DNA of 64,000 bases from Bacteroidales bacterium (GCA_035353855.1 DAOQAK010000011.1:10406-74405); one strand, 5' to 3'; shown: positions 30,915 to 41,422, numbered from the stretch's first letter. Notes: generated by a model from the letters alone, not told the origin. A program made the numbers and translations.

Positions 30915-30922
30915 CAAAGATA
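30915..30922 (-). promoter_or_regulatory. Candidate -7 promoter box (TATCTTTG) upstream of the relic tRNA half and GIY-YIG gene
   Basis: The reverse complement of caaagata matches TAnnTTTG and ends 7 nt before relic tRNA position +1 (30907). Confidence 0.4.
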
Positions 30923-31010
30923 AAAAAATATTTTATTGTAATAAAGTAAACATGAGGTATTCTTGGGTATTTATTAAGTTGGTAAGGATAAAAAAATATA
31001 AATTTGTAAA

Positions 31011-31985
31011 ATGAATTATACAAAAAAACATATAATATTATTTTTTATTTTATTCATTACATTATCCTTAAATTTTTGTACTGCGCAGAATACATCGAAA
31101 CCGGATTGTAAAATTTATTTAAATTTTTCAAACTATTCTTTTGAAATTACCGAAGGCTTTTCGCAGTTATATGATATAAGTTCTCGCTACGGAATATTAT
31201 CACAGGAATGCAATTCATTTTTGAATTTTATATTTACAAACCCCGTGTTAAGCAATATCCTCTTTCCTAAAGAAATTGATAAATGCAATATTTATTACAA
31301 AGAATTTTTTAACCGCTGTCGTTGCGATTCTACTTCAAGAATAGATATATATTTACCATCTGGGAAAAAGCAGGAGATAAAAATAAAAGAATTTGATAAA
31401 GATTTGTTTGACATCTCATTATTAGAAATTCGTGATAGCGCTTTAAATGCATTAAATAAAGCTTTTCCAAAATACAAAATAAAAATAGATGTTTCATCAA
31501 CACCCAGAATGCTTGATGAACAAAAAAAATATTTCAGAAAAGGCGCAAGTAAAACTTTATTATCAACACATCTGATAGGAGCTGCAGCCGATTTTAAAAT
31601 ATTTTTTAATGGAAGATTAATTGATCCGAAGAAAAATTCAAGAGGACTTTTTAGTAGCATAGTACCCTATCAGATTTTAGGTAAGTATATTATTGATAAA
31701 GGTTATTTCTGGGGAATAACATGGGATCCGGGGCATATGCAGCTAAAAAGAAAATTGGAAAATATCCTTATCGAATACCCGGAATTACAAAATAATGGAA
31801 ACCTTATTACTTCATATTATAATATCGTTAAACTCGATAGTATACCTTTAAAATATAAACCTGTGATAGAAATCATGGATGAAAAATTTGGAATAAACGA
31901 AGTTAGAAAATACGATTACACTCAGCCCTGGGTTGAGGATACTTTGCTTCAGCCAATCGAAATAGACAAACTATTAAAAAATTAA
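31011..31985 (+). CDS. Secreted M15-family (VanY/D-Ala-D-Ala carboxypeptidase-like) metallopeptidase domain protein
   Basis: 324 aa. Signal peptide. Zinc-ligand pattern STHLIGAAADF (S-x-H-x-x-G-x-A-x-D) and DPGHM (D-x-x-H). Confidence 0.6.
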   Translation: MNYTKKHIILFFILFITLSLNFCTAQNTSKPDCKIYLNFSNYSFEITEGFSQLYDISSRYGILSQECNSFLNFIFTNPVLSNILFPKEIDKCNIYYKEFFNRCRCDSTSRIDIYLPSGKKQEIKIKEFDKDLFDISLLEIRDSALNALNKAFPKYKIKIDVSSTPRMLDEQKKYFRKGASKTLLSTHLIGAAADFKIFFNGRLIDPKKNSRGLFSSIVPYQILGKYIIDKGYFWGITWDPGHMQLKRKLENILIEYPELQNNGNLITSYYNIVKLDSIPLKYKPVIEIMDEKFGINEVRKYDYTQPWVEDTLLQPIEIDKLLKN

Positions 31986-32078
31986 TATTAACATTTTTAA
32001 CAAAATAGTTTTAAAAAAAGCATTTCAAATCTTGATGCTGATAATTGCATTAGCTATATTTGTTGTTCCCAAACATGC

Positions 32079-33791
32079 ATGAAAACTTATATTGGTAAAA
32101 TATTATTTGTTATTTCATTTCTATTATCAGGATTTCTAAAAGTACATTCTCAATGTCCTGTTGTTATTAACGAAGTAATGGTCTCGCCAACCGGGGGCAT
32201 TAATGAAAATTGTTTTTATAATGCTGATACACTCAATGGTGGCAATCCTAATTTAGGTTTAGAGTGGATTGAATTATACAACGCAAATCCCTGCGATTCA
32301 TTTGATATATCCTGTTATATGATAGCTTTTGAAACATCAAGCGGAACGGGGCAAAATTATGGTTCTTTTAAATTATTTGGTGTTATACCACCTAATGGAC
32401 ATTTTCTGATTGGAGGAAGCAATGTTCCAAATGCAGATATAAACACATCTTTAATAAATGCGTTACATTGTTCCAGTAAAAAATGGTGTTTAAATGACAG
32501 CGCCGGTTGGATAGGATTTTATGATATCAATAGTTTTCCAATTGATGCTGTTTACTGGAATATTGGCGGAACAGCTGCTGATTTATATACCTGGCCACAG
32601 TATACGTCGGATATAGAAACTCCGATGCCTTATTGTTCATGCTGTACTTCATCTTATTTTGAAAATCCCGGAACTTTTGCTGTTGCTGAGTATGCGGGAA
32701 ATGTTATTCCTAACAGTTCAATTACATTTGCCCGTATTACCGATGGAAATCCTGTGTGGGGGTTTGGACCTGTAGACGGAACTCCTAATAATTGTAATGG
32801 CGGATCTTGTAATTCAGTATCTATTGGATTTACTTTAAACCCTCCAACTTGTGTTGGTGGTAATAATGGTTCGGTTTCAGTTAACATGGGTACAACAACA
32901 ACTTTGCAAACACCATTTACATACAAATGGTCGAATAATGATACAGGTCAAACTATTTCAGGACTTACTGCCGGATTATATCGTGTTACAGTAACTGATA
33001 AGTGGGGTTGCGAATATATTGCAGATACAATTTTAAATAATCCTACTCCTCCCGATTTATCTATCTTGTGCGATAACCCTGTTTGTCCCGGTGATGATGT
33101 AACTCTTAATTCAAACATAAGCGGAATAACTTATAACTGGACTGGTCCTGATAGTTTTTCTTCAAGTTTTTCTTCGCCCGTAATTACTGCTTTTCAACAA
33201 ATAAATGAAGGTAATTATTATCTTACAATTTTGAATTCCGATTCATGTATTCTTAAAGATACATTACAGATTTTATTAAAACAATTACCTGTTGTTAATA
33301 TCGGTAATGATACAAATATTTGTTATCATCAGTCATTAAAGTTGAATGCAGATAACGGAAATAACTTTATTTACCTGTGGAGCGATGGTAGTACACTTCC
33401 ACAAAATACAATAGTTGCCGATAATAATACCAGTGGTTTAAATCCTTTCTGGGTGTCGGTTTTGGTTACTGTTCCAAATTGTATTTCAGTTTCCGATTCA
33501 ATATTAATTACATTGGAGCAATGTGAAGTTGAAGAAACGAATGTAATTACACCCAATAACGATAATATTAATGATAACTTTGTTTTTAAAGGCTTGGATA
33601 AATTTCCGAATTCGCAGTTGGTAATTTTTAACAGATGGGGAAGAATAATTTATGAAAATTCAGATTATCAAAATGATTGGAATGGAAATTCCTGCCCCGA
33701 TGGAGTATATTACTATATTTTAAAGTTGTCCGAAAGTTCAGATAGAAAAGAAATCAAAGGATGGATAACAATAATCGGAAAAGAAAATTAA
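32079..33791 (+). CDS. T9SS type B sorting-domain protein with N-terminal lamin-tail-like domain
   Basis: 570 aa. CPVVINEVMVSP start of an LTD-like domain, SprB-like PPTCVGGNNGSVSV, and the C-terminal gliding-motility CTD NVITPNNDNINDNFVFKGL...FNRWGRIIYE. Confidence 0.85.
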   Translation: MKTYIGKILFVISFLLSGFLKVHSQCPVVINEVMVSPTGGINENCFYNADTLNGGNPNLGLEWIELYNANPCDSFDISCYMIAFETSSGTGQNYGSFKLFGVIPPNGHFLIGGSNVPNADINTSLINALHCSSKKWCLNDSAGWIGFYDINSFPIDAVYWNIGGTAADLYTWPQYTSDIETPMPYCSCCTSSYFENPGTFAVAEYAGNVIPNSSITFARITDGNPVWGFGPVDGTPNNCNGGSCNSVSIGFTLNPPTCVGGNNGSVSVNMGTTTTLQTPFTYKWSNNDTGQTISGLTAGLYRVTVTDKWGCEYIADTILNNPTPPDLSILCDNPVCPGDDVTLNSNISGITYNWTGPDSFSSSFSSPVITAFQQINEGNYYLTILNSDSCILKDTLQILLKQLPVVNIGNDTNICYHQSLKLNADNGNNFIYLWSDGSTLPQNTIVADNNTSGLNPFWVSVLVTVPNCISVSDSILITLEQCEVEETNVITPNNDNINDNFVFKGLDKFPNSQLVIFNRWGRIIYENSDYQNDWNGNSCPDGVYYYILKLSESSDRKEIKGWITIIGKEN

Positions 33792-33798
33792 TATTGAT

Positions 33799-34260
33799 TT
33801 AATTATTTTCTTCTGAACAATATCTCTCAATAAGTTCAGCAGCTTTATTAAAACCAAAATTAAATGCCTGGTTCCAATCTTCGCAGGCACCTGTTTTATC
33901 GCCAAGCTCCGCTTTAACTATTCCTCTTAAATCATAAACTTCTCCATAATCAGGAATAATTTCAAGAGCTTTATTATAATCAACCAAAGCACCTTTTAAA
34001 TCTTTAAGATTATATTTTGCCATTCCCCTGTAAGCATAAGCTTCGCCATTATCAACATCCAGTTCAACGGCTTTATCTAAAAGTTTTAGCGCTTCTTTAT
34101 ATTTTTTAAGATCTAACTGAATATTTCCCTTTTTTAAATAATCCTGTGAAGTAACTAATTTGGGATCTTCGCTGGTATTTGCATTTTTCTGTGTCTTACA
34201 TGAAGGTGTTACTATAACAACCAACAATAAGAATATAGCTAAATGAAGAAATCGGTTCAT
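33799..34260 (-). CDS. TPR-repeat lipoprotein
   Basis: 153 aa. Lipobox-like VTPSC, then three TPR-like repeats (AYAYRGMAKYNLKDLKGALVDYNKALEI...). Confidence 0.8.
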   Translation of the reverse strand: MNRFLHLAIFLLLVVIVTPSCKTQKNANTSEDPKLVTSQDYLKKGNIQLDLKKYKEALKLLDKAVELDVDNGEAYAYRGMAKYNLKDLKGALVDYNKALEIIPDYGEVYDLRGIVKAELGDKTGACEDWNQAFNFGFNKAAELIERYCSEENN

Positions 34261-34394
34261 GATAATTTTTTTTCAAAGATATTAAATAAAATAAATACCA
34301 ACCAAACATATAATTTAAGTATCTTTAAATGGAAGTTTTTAAAAAACAATCATATGAAACAATAAACTTTTTAAACACAAACACCCCACACAAA

Positions 34395-36344
34395 ATGAAA
34401 AAAATTTTAACATTAATTGTTTTACTTGAGTTTACATTTGTTACATACTCACAAATGCCTGTAAACTCTGCTTTTCAGAATACATACGATTCTTATAAAA
34501 AAGGAATGGTATTGAAAAACCGTCCGGCCAAATCAGTGGCTTTGATGAATAAATATGATGTGAAATTCTATTGGCTTGATATTAATCTTGAGCGAACATC
34601 AACTTACATTTCGGGAAAAGTAACAATAAATGCAAAAATTCAGAACACTGTACTGGATACATTTGAATTGGAACTGGTTTCGGAATTAACAGTTGATTCT
34701 GCAAAAATAAACGGAAGTTTGTGTACGGTAAATCATACTACTGATTTTGTTGACATTATTCCTTCTTCTGCATTGCCTGCCAATTCTGATATTTCAGCAC
34801 AAATATTTTATCATGGTGCACCTCCTTCAGGTGGATTCTTTTCGGGAATATCGCATGGAACCAGCCAGTAGTGGGGCAATGAAGTGGTGTGGACTTTATC
34901 GGAACCATTCAATGGAAATCAGTGGTGGCCCTGTAAACAAGAATTATCAGATAAAGCCGATTCAAGCTGGGTATTCGTTACAACAGATAGTACCAACAAA
35001 GTAGGCTCGAATGGAATACTTACAAATGTTGTTAATTTGGGAAATGGAAAAGCGCGCTATGAGTGGAAGTCACGTAACCCAATTGATTGCTACCTGATTT
35101 CTGTAGCAGTTGCAAAATATGTTGATTATACTTTTTACTGTCATCCTGTTGGCGTTGATTCACTAATGGTTCAGAATTATGTTTACGATAATCCGGCTAC
35201 TCTTAATAATTTTAAAAATATTATTGACAGTACAGCGCAGATGATAGAATTATATTCCCATCTTTTTGGTCCATATCCTTTCAGCAATGAAAAATACGGA
35301 CACAGCATGGCTCCGCTTAGTGGTGGAATGGAGCATCAAACTATGACTACGCTTGGATATTTTGATTTTATGCTTACCTGTCATGAGCTGGCACATATGT
35401 GGTTTGGCGATAATGTGACTTGCAAAACATGGAGCGATATATGGATTAATGAAGGTTTCGCTTCATACGGAGAATACCTGAGCCTGGAATATTTGCATTC
35501 ATTGGCTGCTGCTAATTCAAATATGCTTAGCGTTTATAACAATGTAATGTCGCAAACCGGCGGTAGTGTTTATGTTCCGCTTGCTGATATTACTGATGAA
35601 AACAGGATTTTCGATTCGCGTTTGTCATACGATAAAGGATCGGCAATTATTCACATGCTTCGTTTTGAATTGCAGGACGACACTTTATTTTTCAATATTT
35701 TAAAAACTTTTCAAACACAGTATAATAAAAGTGTTTCAACAGGAGATGATTTTAAATCAGTGGCAGAAACCTTATCAGGCAAGGATTTCACCGATTTCTT
35801 CAATCAATGGTATTATGGCGAAGGTTATCCCACATACAAAGTAACATGGACTCAGGCAAATGATACACTTTATTTTACTTCAACACAAACGACTTCGTCA
35901 ACAGTAACGCCTCTTTTCAAAATGTTGATGGAATATAAATTGAAATCGGCTTCCGGCGATACGCTTATCAGGGTTTACCAAACCGATAATGTGAACAATT
36001 ATAAAATCCCAATTCATAAAACTATTACCGGTATTGTGGTTGACCCGAATAATTGGGTTTTAAATAAAGTTGGTACGATTACAAATATTAATGAATTTGA
36101 GAATAACATTGATTTTGAAATATCACCCAATCCCTGTACTGATAAATTGAATATTAATTTTTCCATTCCGGAGAAAAGGAACAAAACATTTGTAATCACT
36201 GATATTACCGGGCGTTTGATAAAAACACTTAACGGTAATTCCGATAAGCAGGAAATAAATATTGAAGATTTGAGTAAAGGAATTTATTTTCTAAAAATCA
36301 GTAATGGCAATAGTTTTATTATAAAGAAATTTGTTAAAGAATAA
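34395..36344 (+). pseudogene. M1-family metallopeptidase with T9SS CTD, interrupted by a single in-frame TAG (34869-34871)
   Basis: ORFs 34329-34871 and 34884-36344 are in the same frame. Read-through gives ...GISHGTSQ*WGNEVVWTLSEPFNGNQWWPCK, collinear with the intact paralog at 56485 (IVWTLSEPFGARDWWPCK). HELAHMWFGD...NEGFASY zinc motif; T9SS CTD at the end. Likely start MKKILTL at 34395. Confidence 0.8.
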
Positions 36345-36517
36345 TTTTTTTATAGAATCATATTCAATTATTAAGTAAGAAAATTTCTTTCTTATTACAA
36401 TCATTTACTAAAAGCTTTTGTAGTTCTATCTTTTGTGGGATATAAAATTCTTTTTTCATATCTTTGTTAAATAAATATATAGATAGATAAGAAAAATTAA
36501 GCCTTTTATTTAGAATT

Positions 36518-37192
36518 ATGAAAAAAAAATATGGAATTCTGTTTTTCGTTTTTACGATATTTTCTTTTTCGGGATTTGCACAACAATCTAAAACCGGGAT
36601 TGGTTTTTATGGAGGTTTTGGTTTACGTAATTTAAGAGGTAATGAAATTATTAAAGAAAAAAATACTTCTGCATTTGGTTATTGTGGTGGTTTTTCGTTT
36701 CAGTTTAATATTTCTGAGAAATATACTGTATGTACAGCCATAGCATATGAACGTAAAGGTGCAGTAGGAAAATCACAACAAACAGATACCAGTGGAAATA
36801 TTATATCGGAAATAAAAACATTCTCAAACTTTGATTATATAACAATACCATTGCTTTTCAGATACAATATTCAAAAGAAAGTTAATTTCTTTTTTGAAGC
36901 AGGTGGCTTTGCAGCATATTTGCTTCAACAAAAATTTGTGGTTGATGATCCTGTTTTGACTGTAAACACCGCTGATAATACTGATAATGATAAGCGCATG
37001 GATTATGGTTTTTCATTTGGTCTGGGTTTGTCAAAACCAATTAGTAATAGATTGGTTTTATCTGTTGAATTGCATGATAATCTGGGAATATATAACGTTA
37101 GTAAAGTACATGTATATAACGATGGGACCATAAAAACGAATAATACAAATATTTTAATTGGCTTATCATATAATTTTGGTAAACATGATTAG
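36518..37192 (+). CDS. Outer-membrane beta-barrel (porin-family) protein
   Basis: 224 aa. Signal peptide, alternating amphipathic beta-strand pattern, aromatic-rich C-terminus GLSYNF. Confidence 0.6.
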   Translation: MKKKYGILFFVFTIFSFSGFAQQSKTGIGFYGGFGLRNLRGNEIIKEKNTSAFGYCGGFSFQFNISEKYTVCTAIAYERKGAVGKSQQTDTSGNIISEIKTFSNFDYITIPLLFRYNIQKKVNFFFEAGGFAAYLLQQKFVVDDPVLTVNTADNTDNDKRMDYGFSFGLGLSKPISNRLVLSVELHDNLGIYNVSKVHVYNDGTIKTNNTNILIGLSYNFGKHD

Positions 37193-37214
37193 TAAAAATT
37201 TTAATGACTGTTCT

Positions 37215-38513
37215 ATGAAAAAATATTTTCTTTTTTTTGTTGTGATACTTTTCATCTTTGGTTGCAAGCCACAGGAAGAAGTACAACAGGTTACTATCAA
37301 AGGACGAATTTCACATAATATACTCGGTCAGGATTCGAAAGGCTCATTATCACTTGCCGATGCCAAGAAAATACTTGTCATTGCAGGGATTAGCGGAGAT
37401 GGCCATGGAGGGTTTAATTATGAGATGATTGATATTATTGACAGCTCTTTTGTTGCCGAATCAAATATTGGTGCAGCAACAGCATTGGTTTTTCTGGATG
37501 CTAATAATAAATATATTGGGAACTTAAGTAATCAGGGGTTAGACCTGCTTCCTTTAGGTAAACTAACAGAAGGCGAAACCACTACTATTGATTTGAAAGA
37601 TCTGCAAATGGTTGGCGGCAGCATACTTCCGGCACACGACCCTTTTGGCAATGAAATTATTATTACACCAGACCAGATTGAAAGCTTGAAAGAATTTGAC
37701 AGTTTTTTTGAAGCACTTGCCAAAAACCTTGATGCTGATAATGATGGCGCCATTGATATTGCAGATGACCAATATTTATTTGTATTTTCTTCGTATGATA
37801 CTTATGCCGGCAAATATGGAATTGATAATACTTCATTTGAAATAACGGATAGCCTGGATTATTACATTAATTATTTTATGAATTTTCATGGAGTGGGTGG
37901 ATTGCCTTATCCTCAAAATGCAGTTTTAACAGGACCCTTGGATAGCACCTATTCTGACATTTCAATACTCCATCATTGGGGAGATTCGAGATTATTTGGA
38001 TTAACTTTTATTAGAGAATTTTTTGATACCATTCCTCATGGATCAAGCCGTCATCCTTTTAAACAAGGAATTTATACTCTTGATTTAGATGGAAAGCTTT
38101 ATACTTTCAACGTAGCCTGTACTATGAAAAAAGAAAAGATGGTTCTTGCAGTCCCTACGGTTCACTTGAATAGTGAAGGTAAAATAGCATCTTTTTCATT
38201 TGATTACAGATTGCCCGATAAATCAATAATTGATCCGGAGAACATTATAACACAGATTCAAGCTCAAATTACAGGTTTTGATAGTTTGGGAAATGGTAAA
38301 CAAATATATACAGGTCCTGTTATGTATGCATACAAACCCGAAGGCTGGACAGACAACATTGCTAACGGATATTTTTATGAACAAAGGGGAATATATGATC
38401 ATACGCCTTTACAACCTGTCGATATTTCTGGTTATCAAAGAATTGTTATAGGTGTAGGTTATTATGATATGCTGGGGAATCAATTTGGAATAATGTGGGA
38501 AAGGAATTACTAA
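37215..38513 (+). CDS. Hypothetical lipoprotein
   Basis: ORF open from 37158. ATG 37215 gives MKKYFLFFVVILFIFGC, a signal peptide with lipobox. No recognised domain. Confidence 0.6.
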   Translation: MKKYFLFFVVILFIFGCKPQEEVQQVTIKGRISHNILGQDSKGSLSLADAKKILVIAGISGDGHGGFNYEMIDIIDSSFVAESNIGAATALVFLDANNKYIGNLSNQGLDLLPLGKLTEGETTTIDLKDLQMVGGSILPAHDPFGNEIIITPDQIESLKEFDSFFEALAKNLDADNDGAIDIADDQYLFVFSSYDTYAGKYGIDNTSFEITDSLDYYINYFMNFHGVGGLPYPQNAVLTGPLDSTYSDISILHHWGDSRLFGLTFIREFFDTIPHGSSRHPFKQGIYTLDLDGKLYTFNVACTMKKEKMVLAVPTVHLNSEGKIASFSFDYRLPDKSIIDPENIITQIQAQITGFDSLGNGKQIYTGPVMYAYKPEGWTDNIANGYFYEQRGIYDHTPLQPVDISGYQRIVIGVGYYDMLGNQFGIMWERNY

Positions 38514-38830
38514 TAAATTATTTTTTACAACTTTTCCGCCAGTACTGCAAATTTGCCGAGATTATCAGATCATTCTGAGTTCATCGAAAAATGGAGTAAT
38601 GGTAAATAGTCAATGGTTGTTAGGTTGAGCGGCTGGTTAAGCTAAAGGTCAATAGTTAATAGTAAAATATATTTCTCCATCAACCTACTGCTATCAACCA
38701 AACAAGCGGCAATAAACTATAAACATACTACATAAATTCAATTTAATATTTTCCATTTTCTATTATCTATTTGCTATTAAGACTTATAATTAAACGCAAA
38801 AATCGTGGATATATATTAAGAAGTAAAATT

Positions 38831-41422
38831 TCAAAGCTTACTTGCCAGTACTGCTGACCTCTTGTAATGTTTTACATTTCCATTAAGATCGAAAACTTCA
38901 AAGTAAATTATATACATTCCTATTCTTGCTTTTTCATTTTCATCGGTAATGCCATCCCATGAAAAACTTCCTGAAGTTCCAAGCAAAACATTATTTATTA
39001 GATTGCGAATCAACCTTCCGTTTGTATCGTAAATACTGATGTTTGCCATGTATCCGGGTTTATCAAAATTGTAATTGATATTTAAAATGTCATTATATCC
39101 ATCATTGTCCGGTGAAAAAATTTCGGGAGAAATAGTTATTTGTTCATCTGAAAAAATATTCTCTGATGATTGTGAATTTTTATATGCAGGTGTTCCAAAA
39201 CCTACTGTTTCTGAGGCTGAATGCCAATTTGTTTTATCATTGCTTGGTCTTTCAAAATTTATTCTTTCAAGCGAAACACCTTCTGATGAATTTAAAAGCG
39301 GGTATATCATATCAGTTGAATACTTAACCATATCAATAATTTCCGATTGATTTTTCAAAGCAAGCACAACCGTCCCGTCATCATTGTTGTATGTAGGAAA
39401 TGATAGCATGGAAATAAAATTATTTGGATTCGGAGTGTAATATTGTTCTTTAACTTTTGCCGGGTTGCTTGTTAACACAACATATTCCGAAGGAAAAAGT
39501 AAATAACCTTCATCGCTAATGTTTTCGATATTTTCGAGAGATGATGCAATAGTGTCGTAAGAAGATAAAATAAAATTTTTCAGATCAATTACTTTCGATG
39601 AACGATTATATAATTCAACATAATCAACACCATCATCTTTTGGATTTGACAATATTTCATTAATTACAATATCATTATTTGTTGGTGTTTGCGGAATGGC
39701 AAAACGTTTTGAACTACTTACCGGTAGCGGATTTCCGGTGCAATCACGTAAAGTATCATTAATGGTAATTGTATAAATAATTCCATTTTGAATTTCAGAT
39801 GAAAGCTCCAAAATTACCGAAGAATATTGAGGTGCAACAGGATTTGCATTTGCTGGATTTCCAATTCCATTATCAATAAAATATTTTGATATACTTTTAA
39901 GAAACACACTATCCATCGGCTCTGAGAAGAAAAGTTGAATATGAAAATTATCAATTATGGTTACTAGTAAAAATTCTGGAATTGTATTATCAGGATTAAG
40001 CTCATTTACCGAATTCGCTGCACCGGGCGTTCCGCCTAATATTCCCGTTGATGCTTTCCAGTTATCTTTTCCTCCGCATGGGTTGTTCGGGTCAATCTGT
40101 TCAAGTGACCAGCCGCCATCTTTTTTATTAGCATCTTTATACCAATCGTCGGTGTAAGAAACAGTAGAAATAACATGGTAAAGCGAATCATAAAGTGTTA
40201 AAGTTTCACCGTTATTTGTAATTGAAAAACTTGGTATTGCCAGGGCCATTCCGTATGTTGAGATTGATTCCTGTCCGCTTGCTGATGAAAATAAAATATA
40301 AGAATGAGGATCAAGTGTTGCATCCGGAATTTGTTTAATGGTGCTGCCCATCGCGAATTTCCAGTTTTGCATTTTAATAGGATATTCAGTTCGGTTATAC
40401 AATTCAACATATTCATAATTGGCTAAACCAACAATAGGGTCGGGGTCGGCCATTATTTCATTGATAACAATATCATGTTCTTTTGGGGTATATAAAATAA
40501 ATTCTGTGCTCGAAGACAACATAAAATTACCATTCAGATCCTTTATATTATTTACCATTAAATTATAAAATATTCCTTCAGTGAATACTGTTGAAAAATT
40601 CAAATGCATTAAAGCACCGTTATTTACATCAAATTCAACGGATACAGGGTTTCCTATTCCATTATCTACGTTATAATTTGTAATTGTTAACGCTGTAGAA
40701 GTATCAATATTTTCAGAAAAATATACATTTAATTGTGTTTGAGAAATGATATTTATTGAATTAATTTCAGGAGGGAAAGTATCAACTATTATAGGTCCTA
40801 CATAAAAATCATCAAAATAAAATTTTGTTGCATTACTGGTTGTGTATTTACAAAAAACTCCAAACCATGATGTTGTTGTAAATGTATTATCAAAGCCACT
40901 TCCTTCTAGTTGAAATACAGTGCCACCATCAGAAGCAGAATATAATTTCCAGGTTCCCGTATCATCACGGGTAACTTTAATTCGAAAAGTATTTGTTGAA
41001 TTGTTGGTATAAGTAAATTTACCGTGAATGATAATTTTTATTGTTGTTCCGCTTTGTTTGTATAACCCGATGCTGTCGTTCGCTTCCCCTATCTGTACAA
41101 AATATCCATTTAATGAACCGGCAATATTTTGCTGGTCAGAAATAAGGTATACTCTTGCATTATTATTGGATGATGTGGCAAACGAAAGTTTTACCCAAAA
41201 CTGCCATTCATTATTATTTACCAAATGATTGTTTGTATATAATATTGAAGTATCTGCTCCTGTAGCATTCAAGTGAAGTTGTTTGGAACTGTTGATTTCA
41301 AATTTTGCAATATCACCAACCCATAAAGGATTCGCAGAAAAATTACCATCTGAAAAATCATCAGAAAACTGACTGAATCCAAATGACGGAACAAGCAGAA
41401 GAAAGAAAAATATTTTTTTCAT
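38831..41422 (-). CDS. Large secreted protein with two lamin-tail-like domains and a C-terminal sorting/Ig-like domain
   Basis: Start chosen at MKKIFFFLLLVPSFGFSQ (41422). Two DIVINEI...YVELYN LTD signatures. C-terminal FSPDNDGYNDILNINY...DTNGRLIRNL. Confidence 0.75.
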   Translation of the reverse strand: MKKIFFFLLLVPSFGFSQFSDDFSDGNFSANPLWVGDIAKFEINSSKQLHLNATGADTSILYTNNHLVNNNEWQFWVKLSFATSSNNNARVYLISDQQNIAGSLNGYFVQIGEANDSIGLYKQSGTTIKIIIHGKFTYTNNSTNTFRIKVTRDDTGTWKLYSASDGGTVFQLEGSGFDNTFTTTSWFGVFCKYTTSNATKFYFDDFYVGPIIVDTFPPEINSINIISQTQLNVYFSENIDTSTALTITNYNVDNGIGNPVSVEFDVNNGALMHLNFSTVFTEGIFYNLMVNNIKDLNGNFMLSSSTEFILYTPKEHDIVINEIMADPDPIVGLANYEYVELYNRTEYPIKMQNWKFAMGSTIKQIPDATLDPHSYILFSSASGQESISTYGMALAIPSFSITNNGETLTLYDSLYHVISTVSYTDDWYKDANKKDGGWSLEQIDPNNPCGGKDNWKASTGILGGTPGAANSVNELNPDNTIPEFLLVTIIDNFHIQLFFSEPMDSVFLKSISKYFIDNGIGNPANANPVAPQYSSVILELSSEIQNGIIYTITINDTLRDCTGNPLPVSSSKRFAIPQTPTNNDIVINEILSNPKDDGVDYVELYNRSSKVIDLKNFILSSYDTIASSLENIENISDEGYLLFPSEYVVLTSNPAKVKEQYYTPNPNNFISMLSFPTYNNDDGTVVLALKNQSEIIDMVKYSTDMIYPLLNSSEGVSLERINFERPSNDKTNWHSASETVGFGTPAYKNSQSSENIFSDEQITISPEIFSPDNDGYNDILNINYNFDKPGYMANISIYDTNGRLIRNLINNVLLGTSGSFSWDGITDENEKARIGMYIIYFEVFDLNGNVKHYKRSAVLASKL

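Noticed and set aside
34869-34871. TAG reassignment (alternative genetic code) as explanation for the in-frame stop.
   Set aside because: TAG ends several well-supported full-length genes in the same window (for example 24853-24855, 61298-61300, 51027-51029). No other in-frame TAGs were seen in conserved genes.
37158-37214. Upstream start (ATG 37158) for the lipoprotein gene, overlapping the end of the beta-barrel gene.
   Set aside because: The internal ATG 37215 yields a canonical signal peptide with lipobox, whereas the extension (MAYHIILVNMISKNFNDCS) has no signal-like character.
38527-38854. The 11-mer gccagtactgc occurs at 38538-38548 and again at 38844-38854, in the C-terminal codons of the 38831 gene. 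The upstream copy translates on the minus strand to ...FAVLAEKL*, similar to ...SAVLASKL*.
   Set aside because: It may be a relic C-terminus of a lost paralog. However, only about 12 codons are open and the similarity is too short to support a feature.
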